Shown here: one piece after another, positions 1 to 12,227 of the stretch
Layout of the letters: every line of letters starts with the position of its first letter
Numbering within the stretch: the stretch's first letter is position 1
The notes under the pieces: model-generated
The model's input: only the letters and a program-made list of their open reading frames with translations
What the model was told of the DNA's origin: nothing
Database searches by the model: none
Program-made: the position numbers and the translations under genes
Assembly: GCF_001194135.2 (NCBI RefSeq)
Contig: NC_069002.1
Span: 35,136,892-35,176,326, forward strand
From: Octopus bimaculoides
Lineage: Eukaryota
Reading direction: 5' to 3'
Length of the DNA stretch: 39,435 nucleotides

Positions 1-46
1 TAGACATATTTAGGTATATATATATATATATGTTTATATATACACG

Positions 47-52
<6 letters not shown>

Positions 53-93
<41 letters not shown>

Positions 94-204
94 ATAACGT
101 GTCTTTATAGATATAGTTAGACAGACAGACGAATAAGTATAATGAATATACATATGTATTTATGTATACATATCTGTGTGTGTGTATATATATCCATATA
201 TTCA

Positions 205-272
<68 letters not shown>
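53..272. repeat. (TG)n tract (53-91) and (TA)n tract (206-272)
   Basis: Dinucleotide runs seen directly. Confidence 0.95.
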
Positions 273-275
<3 letters not shown>

Positions 276-770
276 TGTATGTATCAATATATATTCACCA
301 TGTGATGTAAATAATCATTACTCACAGTGGGATATCTGGCGCCGTCTATAATGAGAAATAAATCCAAAACATGAGGACTTATGATGAATATCATAACAAT
401 ATTTTATAATGTAATATTACGTGCTGAGAGGCAGAAATTTGGTGAAGGTAGACATATATACATGTACACCTTGATGGACTTTTACCTCCAACTCCCCATA
501 ACGATAAGAGAAATCGAAATAAGAAGAGACTGTTGGTGTAATGTCGAGTTTTAACATTACCCGATGCACGCTCTTTCGCATTTGTTTCAACCAGTATTTT
601 ATTTCATACTCCTCTTTAAATATTCTCGTTGCTTACTTACTTCACATCACGCATTTTTTTTCTCCGTTTCTTTCTTTTCTGTCTCTCTACACTTGCGCTC
701 TATTTCCTTCATATCTTTCTCGCCATGTTCCTGATTTAGACAAATATAAGAAACCCCCACTAGTATTGTA

Positions 771-965
771 ATGAGTAACGCTGGCAGAACTGTTGCAGTG
801 TAAGAAAATCTATTTTGTCATATTTGTTAAAATCTTGATGATGTCAATTTTTCTTTTCCTTCTTTCACGCTCGTTAAATTGAATTACCACTGAAGTAGTT
901 ATGCCGATGTAATTCACTAACTTTGTTTTCCCAAAATTGCTGGCATTGTGCCAAATTTGGAAACT
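771..965 (+). mobile_element. Highly diverged SINE family A copy
   Basis: Head remnant GCTGGCAGAA and 3' segment CCCAAAATTGCTGGCATTGTGCCAAATTTGGAAAC match other A copies in the window (e.g. reverse complement of 21023-21060). Confidence 0.45.
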
Positions 966-1104
966 ATCACTATTTCTTGTAGTATTAAGTTCAGAGAGAC
1001 ACCAAGATAGCTCGACATATTTCAGTTAATGTATTCAGTTCATTATTCTAATATAATCTCCGCAGCGCATAAACAATATACATTATGAGTATACATCCAT
1101 ATAA

Positions 1105-1309
1105 GGCGGTGAGATGACAGACTATTTAGAACGCCAGGCAAAATTGCTTAGCGGTATTTCGTCTGCGTTCAAATTCCGCCGAGGTCGACTTTCTCTTTCA
1201 TCATTTCGGGGTCGATACATTACGTACCATTGCAGCACTGTGGTCGATGTAATAGATTAATCCTCTTACCCGAATTTTAAGGCCTTGTGCCTATAGTAGA
1301 ACAGATTAT
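1105..1309 (+). mobile_element. tRNA-derived SINE family A, near full length, with target-site duplication
   Basis: GGCGGTGAG head, B-box-like GTTCAAATTCC, TTTCATC..TTCGGGGTCGAT core, ATT tail. Flanked by ATTATGAGTATACAT(C/G)CATA(T/C)A at 1082-1103 and 1305-1326. Confidence 0.9.
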
Positions 1310-2430
1310 GAGTATACATGCATACATATATTCATATGGTACTTTTCCTAGTCCAAGTGATTTAACCCAATATTTATATGCTTTTTATGAGACCAAACCG
1401 CTGGCGTTGTTTTACTCACTCCGTGTACGCATAAAAGCTACATCAGTTAGACATAATGACATATGATATGCAATCGAAATTCCGTGTAATTTTATAAGCT
1501 ACTTTATAGTATACTCCAGTACACTGTTGTAATATAGTGAAAATATTGCGGAACAAACTGATAATGGTAAGACTAAAACAGGATATGAGATTGTATGGAA
1601 AATTCGTTTCTTGTTTTATGATACAGAGAACTGCAAAGTGAGTGCAACGTTTCCGGTAATCGCTCTTCGATGGGAAATATATGTGAGGAAACGAAATATC
1701 TTTCCGGCAAAGTGGAAAACTTTCGCATTTACAGTAAATCTCATAAATAAAATAGAAATGTTGTAAATTATCTTTTCTCTCTTTGATTAATTTTCTCTCT
1801 TCTTCTGCGCCTCGTACAATTCAATTTGTACAAACGCACACACATACACACACCTATGTATATATATATATATATATATATATAAATTGAATAATAGGAT
1901 GAATTATTTTACAAGAATTTATCAGGTAGCTAGGGTGAAAAAACCTCATAAGGGAAACAATCCATCATTTATTCCCGAAATATATATTTTTTTATATATA
2001 TATAAAGAAGAACGAAAATGCTACTTTTCTTTTAAATTAGGTACATTAAACATATGTTTTTGTTTTACATGTTTCGGTTATTTAAAAAAAACTTATCAAA
2101 AATATGTACTTATATGAAATATGCAGAGAACAAAGTTATTGATAACATTATTAAAATAAACATTCATACCGTACCTATTCTTTTCCTGCAAGAGCACGTG
2201 GTAATTTCCTTTAGTTTTNNNNNNNNNNNNNNNNNNNNNNNNNNNNNNNNNNNNNNNNNNNNNNNNNNNNNNNNNNNNNNNNNNNNNNNNNNNNNNNNNN
2301 NNNNNNNNNNNNNNNNNNNNNNNNNNNNNNNNNNNNNNNNNNNNNNNNNNNNNNNNNNNNNNNNNNNNNNNNNNNNNNNNNNNNNNNNNNNNNNNNNNNN
2401 NNNNNNNNNNNNNNNNNNNNNNNNNNNNNN

Positions 2431-2470
<40 letters not shown>

Positions 2471-3495
2471 AGTGATAATGATAATATGTAACATGGTATT
2501 AGCTGTCTCTGGGAAGGCTGTCAGCGAGAAATCCAGCTTTTTCATGAGCAAGGTTGTTCTGTACGCATCGTTTTGTGTGTGTGTGTGTGTATATGTATTA
2601 TGTATGTATGTATGTATGCACGTACGTATATATGTATATATGCATTCATAAGGATTTTGGATATTTATGGTCAGATTGATTGAAGCGCAATTAACCTACC
2701 AGTGAGGGTCTAGTCTAAGGCATGGCGGAGACCACTGACCCAGAAAAAAAGAGAAATCTAACAAAACCCATGTTACACGTTGTTCATTGAAATTGTAGCA
2801 ATCTATTGCACTGAAACTATGCTATCCCTATTTGGAAAAGAGTGTCCGGCCATACACAAAACTTTGGCACAAAACAGGAAAATTAGCTGGCCGTTGGACC
2901 GCCACTCACAGAAACCGACAGAAAAATCAATATGTACATACAACAATGATTTTGTGAATAAGAGATATTTAATGTTATTAAAATATCAGCAACATCTCCA
3001 ACCGTAATTCTTGCCAAGTGATTCTGCTGTACTTCTTCAAATACAAGTTTTCGACAAATTTGATTTTTAAAATATTTCTTGATATTGTCTTCAATTTTTT
3101 TCTTTTAATGTTGCCAAAAATATCATTGGGTTTATGTTTCTTTTCACTGATGAAAAGTAACATTTTCAAACTTCTGTCAGTATGATTCCATACGTCGACC
3201 TAATCGTACATTAGACATTGGTGCTTCAAATGAGTTGTTTTCGTTTTTGGTTTCGCTTGTAACTATGCATATTAGAATCAACAAAATACATCATATATTT
3301 TTTTTCTGCATGCAACAATTCCGCCGAATGATGAAACTAAAACCATATGCTGATAAAGTTACTTAAGTTTTGAAACATAATCCGTTACAAGTTTTCTTTC
3401 TTATAAAGTGTTAAAATAAAATTTCACGTAAAATTTATTTTTCATCTCTTGGAATTGATAAAAAACTACTACGTGGTTTTCGTTCATCTTGTTCA

Positions 3496-3550
3496 TCGAA
3501 CTCGGAATATTGGGCTTAGTAGCCCGCGCTCTTAACTACTAGCCATTGCC
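3496..3550 (-). mobile_element. tRNA-derived head of a third SINE-like family
   Basis: Minus strand reads GCAATGGCTAGTAGTTAAGAGCGCGGGCTACTAAGCCCAATATTCCGAGTTCGA: A-box-like TGGCTAGTAG, anticodon-like stem GGGC/GCCC, B-box-like GAGTTCGA. No acceptor stem closes. Confidence 0.45.
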
Positions 3551-3837
3551 CACGGTCAATAATAATAATAACAACACCATGGTGTGTTAACAACACACAA
3601 GATAAGAAAATGTTATTCTCTACACCATTCGGTAGCGAGTGTTTAACATAGGTGGTGAACGGTATTGCAACAATGGCAAATGGAATTGTTGCTCAAGCGA
3701 TAGAGTTAAATGCGATAAGATACTTTTTGCGAATATGTTCGTCGGATCAAATATTTAACAACGCCAATATTCATAGAGGAAACCAGTTCAACAGAGAGAT
3801 TCGTCCAAATCATCCATGCAGTGTTCATTGTGGCTCT

Positions 3838-3900
3838 GAATTCTGAGTTCAAATATCGCCGATGTGAACTTCAACTTCCATCTATGTGGGATCGATGAAA
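3838..3900 (+). mobile_element. SINE family A internal fragment
   Basis: TTCTGAGTTCAAATATCGCCGATGTGAACTT..TTCCATCT..GGGATCGAT aligns by eye with 4017-4075. Confidence 0.5.
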
Positions 3901-3954
3901 ATCTGCTTCATCTTCACGAATGATTGGTGGAACTACCGTAAGGTTCTACCAACA

Positions 3955-4016
3955 ATTTTATATTTAAGAGATGAGGAATTATTTACATTCGATGGATATT
4001 TGTCCTCATCTTCTTT
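3955..4016 (-). mobile_element. 3' end fragment of an octopus interspersed repeat
   Basis: TATTTAAGAGATGAGGAATTATTTACATTCGATGGATATTTGTCCTCATCTT resembles a remembered octopus repeat 3' end. Not verified by search. Confidence 0.3.
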
Positions 4017-4180
4017 GTTCTGAGTTCAATTTCCGCCGAGGTCGACTTTTGCTTTCATCCTTTCGGGATCAATAAATAAAGTACCAGTTACGCACTGTAG
4101 TCGATGTAATCGACTTAATCCCTTTGTCTGTCCTTGTTTGACCGCTCTGTTTAGCTCCTTGTGTGCAATAAAGAAATAGG
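4017..4180 (+). mobile_element. SINE family A, 5'-truncated, alternative 3' tail
   Basis: GTTCTGAGTTCAATTTCCGCCGAGGTCGACTTT..TTCATCCTTTCGGGATC core shared with other A copies. Ends TAAAGAAATAG. Confidence 0.9.
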
Positions 4181-4428
4181 AAACTGAAGGAAGCCCGTCG
4201 TATATATGTATATATAAATATGTGTGTGTGTGTTTGAGCCCCCTCCCCTCAACATCGCTTGACAACCAATGCTGGTGTGTTTACGTCCCCGTAACTTAGC
4301 GGTTCGGCAAAATTGCACGATAGAATAAGTACTAGGTTTACAAAGAATAATTCCTGGGGGTCGATTTGCTAGACTAAAGGCGGTGCTCCAGCATGGCCGC
4401 AGTCAAATGACTGAAACAAGTAAAAGAG
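4181..4428 (+). mobile_element. SINE family B, 3' two-thirds
   Basis: AAACTGAAGGAAGCCCGTCG-(TA/TG)n-CGCTTGACAACC..GCGGTTCGGCAAAA..GGCGGTGCTCCAGCATGGCCGCAGTCAAATGACTGAAACAAGTAAAAGAG, matching the reverse complement of 25891-26110 and 33585-33840. Confidence 0.9.
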
Positions 4429-4939
4429 CATGTATGTATGTATGTATGCATGTGCATATATATTACCATATGAGTAATTGAACAAGAAAAATTACTCTTC
4501 ATGCTTTCGTATATATATATATATACATATCGGTTTGAGAAAACACTTATCTATTTGTCTTTCAATGTAGATACAAATCTCTCATATCGCTCTATTTTTC
4601 TCAGTGTCTCTCCAGTCCACTCACACAAACATATAAGTATATAACACACACGCAGATACACACATGCAGACACACACACACACACCTGCTCACAAAACAT
4701 TAATTTATGAATGTTTAAGTGTGTATGCTTGTGTGTACTATAATACTTAAATGAACGCGAAATTTAACTGTTAGGACAATAAGTTTCACCTTTCGGTTCA
4801 TCGTTTGGAACTGAGAGGTGTAATATCGAGAACATCAGCTTTAATTTGATATTGTATTACTTCATTCAATATATTGATTACTAGTCTTGTTATTCTCGTG
4901 TGCTAACTTGTTCTCATTTGTCTGTTAGATGTGCATGCG

Positions 4940-4977
<38 letters not shown>

Positions 4978-6272
4978 NNNNNNNNNNNNNNNNNNNNNNN
5001 NNNNNNNNNNNNNNNNNNNNNNNNNNNNNNNNNNNNNNNNNNNNNNNNNNNNNNNNNNNNNNNNNNNNNNNNNNNNNNNNNNNNNNNNNNNNNNNNNNNN
5101 NNNNNNNNNNNNNNNNNNNNNNNNNNNNNNNNNNNNNNNNNNNNNNNNNNNNNNNNNNNNNNNNNNNNNNNNNNNNNNNNNNNNNNNNNNNNNNNNNNNN
5201 NNNNNNNNNNNNNNNNNNNNNNNNNNNNNNNNNNNNNNNNNNNNNNNNNNNNNNNNNNNNNNNNNNNNNNNNNNNNNNNNNNNNNNNNNNNNNNNNNNNN
5301 NNNNNNNNNNNNNNNNNNNNNNNNNNNNNNNNNNNNNNNNNNNNNNNNNNNNNNNNNNNNNNNNNNNNNNNNNNNNNNNNNNNNNNNNNNNNNNNNNNNN
5401 NNNNNNNNNNNNNNNNNNNNNNNNNNNNNNNNNNNNNNNNNNNNNNNNNNNNNNNNNNNNNNNNNNNNNNNNNNNNNNNNNNNNNNNNNNNNNNNNNNNN
5501 NNNNNNNNNNNTATATATATATATATATATATACCTGTGCGTACATTAGAATAGATATGTACAGTTACACTATTATATGTATCTATCTCGGTCTGTATAC
5601 ATTTAGTGTGTGTATGTATGTATGTATATATATATATGTGTTTGTGTGTGTGTGTGTGTTAATATACATGTATGTATGTATGTATATATAAATATACAAT
5701 AATATACAATAATAATTATAAAGCTATATAGCTATATATAAACCTATAGACATGCAGAGATAGACAGAGACGGAGAGTACATATATGCATGCATATATAT
5801 TCATACATATGCATACATCCATGCGTATATACATGCACACGTGTGTGACAAATGTTTGCATCTGGATAGTGCAGAAACAAACAACTACATTATATCACAA
5901 TAGTGAGATTAATGAAACTCCATCACATACTGCAGTGCTCACAGATGTATTAGAACATTCCCATCTCCGCCATAAAGACATTATAATCAATAAAATAATA
6001 TTGTTATTACGTTGCAAAAGATATGCAAATTAAATTGATCTGCAGCACATACGCACACAAAAGGAGACATATAATGTTGTATAGTTATAAACACCTTCAA
6101 ATGTATATGTTTGTGCAGGCCTACAGATGTGTGTGGTGTGTGTGCGTATATGTGTTCAAGTGTGCTCGCGTGTGTTTGTGCGTATATGCGTGCGTACGGG
6201 TATATATTTATGGTTATTTAGACATATACACATATATAAACATTCACGTACAGAATCACAGAGAAGCATATA

Positions 6273-6307
<35 letters not shown>

Positions 6308-6698
6308 NNNNNNNNNNNNNNNNNNNNNNNNNNNNNNNNNNNNNNNNNNNNNNNNNNNNNNNNNNNNNNNNNNNNNNNNNNNNNNNNNNNNNNNNNNNNN
6401 NNNNNNNNNNNNNNNNNNNNNNNNNNNNNNNNNNNNNNNNNNNNNNNNNNNNNNNNNNNNNNNNNNNNNNNNNNNNNNNNNNNNNNNNNNNNNNNNNNNN
6501 NNNNNNNNNNNNNNNNNNNNNNNNNNNNNNNNNNNNNNNNNNNNNNNNNNNNNNNNNNNNNNNNNNNNNNNNNNNNNNNNNNNNNNNNNNNNNNNNNNNN
6601 NNNNNNNNNNNNNNNNNNNNNNNNNNNNNNNNNNNNNNNNNNNNNNNNNNNNNNNNNNNNNNNNNNNNNNNNNNNNNNNNNNNNNNNNNNNNNNNNNN

Positions 6699-6822
6699 TC
6701 TATTTTTATTATATATATATACACAATTATTTTCTATTTTTATTATATATATATACACAATTATTTTCTATTTTTATTATATATATATACACAATTATTT
6801 TCTATTTTTATTATATATATAT
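6699..6822. repeat. 34-bp minisatellite, about 3.6 visible copies
   Basis: Unit TCTATTTTTATTATATATATATACACAATTATTT starts at 6699, 6733, 6767 and 6801. It abuts an N gap. Confidence 0.95.
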
Positions 6823-9092
6823 ATATATATATACATACAGCACATACGCGTCTACTAAACAAACACTCAGACATAGTGGCAGACAGTGAGTGGGTGTGAG
6901 ATAACTTCTGATGATGAGATGCTAAGAGATTTGAAGTGTGTGAAGGAGAGAGAGAGAGAGAGGGTGGAGGTGAGAGAGCTAGACTTAGAGACATGCCCAG
7001 ACAGACGTTTTGAATGAATAATTCCCGGTGCTTGCGTGATACAAACGTGACAGAACTGTATAATTCATTAAAATTGTTTCACAAGATACACAAATATGCG
7101 GTAATTAAAATAGCAAAATATGTAATTATAAAACAGATTGTTAATATTACTACACTTAGCACTTACGCTCTGATACCGACCGGAAAAAGACAAACATGAA
7201 AAATTTGGAAACGATACTGATAAATGTTGTTGCTTTTCGTTTATTCTTGTACATTCATTGAGTTCCTAGAAGTCTTAGACATTGTTCCTTCGTATAGTCA
7301 AAACGTATTTTGAAAAATATATTCACCGGTCGCTAGAGCCTCAATCTTTCAGCAGGGCGGTTTTATAGGACGTTGTGTTGGTATAAATAGCATGTGGAGA
7401 GACCAAACTGGTTTGAACACAGCCTCTGTTTAGGAACAAACACCACATAACTTCTGAGCTGATGTTACATGAAAGTATATTTAAGGATATTTCTGTAATA
7501 TTTCAGAGCTCAACGTAAGTGTAATATTTCAGTCCTTACCACAACCTCATTCAGGGGTAATGTTCAAGATCAGAAGTCCAAGACATATGGAGGTAACTCC
7601 TTATTTAGTATTATCGCTTCTTCTTCGACTGAGCCTACTCTGCCCAGTGTGGTAGTACTTACGCGTGTATATATATATATAGATATATATGCATGTATAT
7701 ATCTGTTTATATACACACTCAAATATCCCCTTAGCACAAACCGATCTGTAGCAAGATTTCTCACTCGGCCGATGGCCATGATAATTTTGATACCCTGATA
7801 ATATATTGCATGACAGGATAAGATGTTGAAAATGTGGATATATTTTATTTATTCGCAGATACCGCACGTGTAGCTGATTCTTCGCTCTATTTGCTGCACC
7901 TTAGACACACACGCAAGCGTGCACGCGCACATAAAAACACGCACAATTATGATCATCAATTAATCTGGAACCGAAAGACGACTCAGTGAATAAACAATTG
8001 CCCGAGTTTATTTTAAATTTGAATAAAATATCAATGCCAATTCCTGTGGTACACAACACACAATCATTTAAGTGAACTAAAGCATTCATTATAACGATAT
8101 CATTCAAGTGAGCACTTCTTTCCATTTAACAGGGAATTCAAAGGCATGCATCGCAATCATATTTTTTTTTATATTAGAATAAATCTAGTCTCTCAATAAA
8201 CTATACAAAATATATTAGTTTTGCTCCTGTGTGCGTCTTTACAAATTTTTGCACGGATGATAATAGAGAGTACATGTGCCAGATGCTATCGTATCACAAT
8301 CAACAGAGCCAGATATCTATATCAGCTTGACAGTTTGACGTTTGTTTATTGCCGTCCATAATTCCTGGTCACCTCTGATAGTAACATATTCTTGATTGCC
8401 TAGAAAGGTACTGATTGGTGTCGACTGTTTCTTAGTCACGTTATTGTTATTAACAGTTAGCTGGAGTCTGTTTGTTTATCTCACTAAGCAACCATTGACA
8501 ATCCTGCATCCAACAGATATCTCCAGAGAAGGCAATTAAATATGAATTAGATATGTAGGCCAAAGAAAAGATTTTATGGCTATAAAAATAATTCATATAG
8601 TCTATGGTTATTTATAAAATCCATATATTTATATTTTTCTGATCCGATCTACATATGAGCCACAGGACGCGAATAAAATGTTATTTTGTTGTTACTGCTT
8701 CGCGGTAAGAGGTTGGGGTAAAATCAGAAAATCTAGAGAATTGGTGAAAACAGCGTTCAAAATCCACTGATTCAAATTTGGATTTCAGTATTCTGAGGTC
8801 GGTAAGTAAACTACAAATCAGTTACTAGAATCGATATTAAAAATGATTTCCTTCCCAAATAATTAAAGGATCGATGTCTAAGAAAGATAGACATTTGTAG
8901 AAGCATAGTTTCTAGTTATAGGAAAACTGATTTTTATCATTGTGACTTCGATAGAAGAAATCGGTGATAAAGTTCAAACACTGCGTAACTCAAACTCAGA
9001 AGATATTACGACGCTGTTTTCGCACGATAACCCGAATGAGTCATTATATTTTACGTTCTCTGCCATCACTAATATAAGGAACCCTCAAATAC

Positions 9093-9165
9093 TAAGGTCG
9101 ATGTAATTACTTTACCTCCTCCCCGCATATCTCAGTCCTTGCACCTGTAGTAGAAAAAAGTATCA
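9093..9165 (+). mobile_element. SINE family A 3' fragment
   Basis: GGTCGATGTAATTACTT..CCCCGCATATCTCAGTCCTTGCACCTGTAGTAGAAAA, as in 1243-1305. Confidence 0.5.
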
Positions 9166-9179
9166 TTGTTATTGCTCAA

Positions 9180-9325
9180 GGCAGCGAGCTGGCAGAAACA
9201 TTAGCTGGCCAGACAAAAGGCTTTGCGGCAATTCGTCTGTACACTACCGCCTCAATTAAAATTCTGCCGAAGTAGACATTACTCTCATTCATTCGAGGCC
9301 GATATAACAATAACCAGCGGAGTAA
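9180..9325 (+). mobile_element. SINE family A 5' half
   Basis: GGCAGCGAGCTGGCAGAAACATTAGC head, followed by diverged AAATTCTGCCGAAGTAGAC. Confidence 0.7.
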
Positions 9326-9382
9326 CGACCTCATTACAAAATTTCATTTTTTGTGCCTATTGTAGAATGGATTGTTATTATT

Positions 9383-9540
9383 GGCGGTGCGCTGGTGGAA
9401 CGTTTACAACGTCCGCCACAATACTTAGCGTCATTTCCCTCCTACTCTTTCAGTTCTGTATTATTCAAATTCCGCCGTGGTCAACTCTGACTTTCATCCT
9501 TTGTAGGTTGATACATCAAAATGTTAATAAAGTACTAAGA
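9383..9540 (+). mobile_element. SINE family A 5' two-thirds
   Basis: GGCGGTGCGCTGGTGGAA head and TTCAAATTCCGCCGTGGTCAACT..CTTTCATCCTTTGTAGGTTGAT core. Confidence 0.7.
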
Positions 9541-10700
9541 CCGAAATAATAGAATTCCTGCTTTGTTTCACAGGTTTGCCTTTTATAAAAATTAGAAAAC
9601 AATTACTTTTGTTGTTATTATCATCCTCGTCATTATCATCATTCACATTGCTATGTGTATTGAGAAAAGGCCCCCGTATCATATAACAGCAGTAATTCTA
9701 ATGGTTATCTATAATTGCACAGCAGGATGACAATGAAGTTAAAAGCAAAACTGGCACAAAACAAACATATGCAGACTTCATAGTTAAACACACTGTGTCA
9801 ATGTCCCCTTTCTTTATCATATACTTTGTAATATTAGTACATCACTTTGGGAAATCTCATCAAGCCAGTCTGATCAGGTTGAACATTAAAATTACACACT
9901 GGAGCAATATTAGCTAATAGACTCACACGTACTGAAATCTCTATGTTCGCCTTTGTAGCTACGTTTCCAGTGTATAATAATTATATATATTTAGATAATA
10001 CAGGGTGTTCATAATTTCAACTTACATAATTTATTGTATTGTACCGTCTAGATGTGTTGCATGCAACGAATGACGCCAATGTTGAATTGTTCCGGTGTGT
10101 CTAATAAAGCTATATTTGTTGGACAATAAACTCTATTGAGTTACACTTAGTTTTTGGTTGTTTTTCTTTACTGAATTTTTTTTTTTATTCTAAAGTTAAT
10201 TATGGAATCTCTGTAAACTACTCAGCGCGAACATGCGTGCGAAAATGCAGTTAAAATATTTAAATGGTGCTAATATATTAAAGCAGGATTCATTCTGGGA
10301 AGAGTTTCCAATAAATTATTAGTTTGTTAGGATTAGTGTTATAATTTCAGCGAATAATAGGACCACCAGATACAATCCGGTCCGTTTATAAGACCTCATC
10401 ATTGAGTCCCATAACTTCACCACAAATTCTAGAATGTTGTAGGGTGAGGTATTCAATAAGCAAATGTAGAAGATTGTACAATTTGTGCGTGAGCGTGTTT
10501 GCGTATCTATGCGCACACACAATAATAACAGTCTTGATCAAGGAAAATAGTCTTTATATTGAGATCTGGACTTCTCTAGAACGACACCGCTGCCTTACTC
10601 TCGGCCACCATTTCCAGTCGGCATGCGTGTGAGTAAATCTCGTATCCTCATAAACTAGGTAAGTTTCCTAGGCGAAATAAAGAGAATAAAGAGAATCACT

Positions 10701-11067
10701 TACCCTGCTTTTAGTTTGTTGTGTTGTGTTGTTTCCCTATTTTTTATAAGGGTTGTGATGTTTTGTTTCAGACTACTGTATATTTTTGAGTGTTTCTGTA
10801 AGTAATTGTTTTTTGTGACTATGGCTGTGTAATTAGTGATGCCTTGGGAGAGCTGCTTACGAGTTTGGTTTCTATTTCTATGTTTTCGTTTGTTGAGGTC
10901 ACTGTAACGGTGGTGTTAGTAGTGTTGGAGATATTTGAATTGAGTTATTGTAGGTTTTGTGAGTGTTTGAGGGACTTGTGTTCCCTTCATTACACTAATC
11001 TCTATTTTTAGACTTCTACCGCAATTTTCATTTTGTAATTTGTTTCGTTTTTCATTCACCAGGTTTC
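10701..11067 (-). pseudogene. Decayed A/C-rich coding-like remnant, possibly a retroelement ORF fragment
   Basis: Strong strand skew. One minus frame is open for about 120 codons with a single stop (NLVNEKRNKLQNENCGRSL...KYLQHY*HHRYSDLNKRK...NKLKAG*). No recognisable motif. Confidence 0.25.
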
Positions 11068-11329
11068 ACTCTGGTAGGTTTCCAAAACAGTTTTCCTAGC
11101 TAGCAAAATAGGGGAGCTGCGCTGCTAACATAACAGTTAGGTGCATTATCAAGTTCGAATGACATTGCGGTATGTCGGATTTTAAAGGTAATAACGAAAG
11201 TTAAAACGTGGATTTTCAGTAATCCTACAGTGAGATGTTTTTTTCTAGGGATTATAGGATGACTATAAAAAATTACTTTCGAAAAAAACTCATATTTACA
11301 TATGTATAACATTCATATATGTGTGTGCG

Positions 11330-11441
11330 TGTATAAATATATATGTATATATATATTTATTAATAGCACACACACATATACATATACACATACGCACACA
11401 CACACATATATACATACGCACACACACACACACATATACAT

Positions 11442-11531
<90 letters not shown>
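11330..11531. repeat. Compound (TA)/(CA)/(GA) microsatellite
   Basis: Seen directly. Confidence 0.95.
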
Positions 11532-11537
<6 letters not shown>

Positions 11538-12011
11538 TAATTCAAACATATAAATATATATTTATATGAATTATTTATCTTGATTTTCTTTGTATGTAAT
11601 TGTCCATCAGTGTGCAATAATTTTCTAATGGTGTGATTAATCGAGGTTATCTTAAATGCCAAACCTACTAGATATCATGCCAGCTAATATTAACAGTGCA
11701 CGAACACAACACACACGCGCATTCACTTACACATGTTCAACCTCTATCTATCTATCTATATACTTACATACGCAGCAATATGTCATCCCGTCTATAATAT
11801 ACAATATTTGCAACAACAATAATGATAATGAATTAAATAGATTCATGCCGGAATTGAGCCATAAAAATTTCAGCCCTAAATTGGCATCATAATATATCAC
11901 ACTATGTGACTATTTCCCGAATTCAGATAGTGATAAGTATGTTACTCCTGTTCAGTGGGCATGTAATGCAATTTTACATATAAATGAGCGTATGTATATG
12001 ATATATATATC

Positions 12012-12045
<34 letters not shown>

Positions 12046-12227
12046 TATATATATACACATAAATAATCATAAATATACAGGGATTAGCATTGAGTTGCTT
12101 CTCCAACATACTGAAAATTTATAAATATATATATACATATATAGACATACATATAGATATATTCACATATATATATATACACACACACGCATACATACAT
12201 ATGTGTGTGTGTGTGTATGTATATATA

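Noticed and set aside
3496-3550. Possible functional tRNA gene
   Set aside because: The T-arm and acceptor stem do not close and there is no poly-T terminator; it is better explained as a SINE head.
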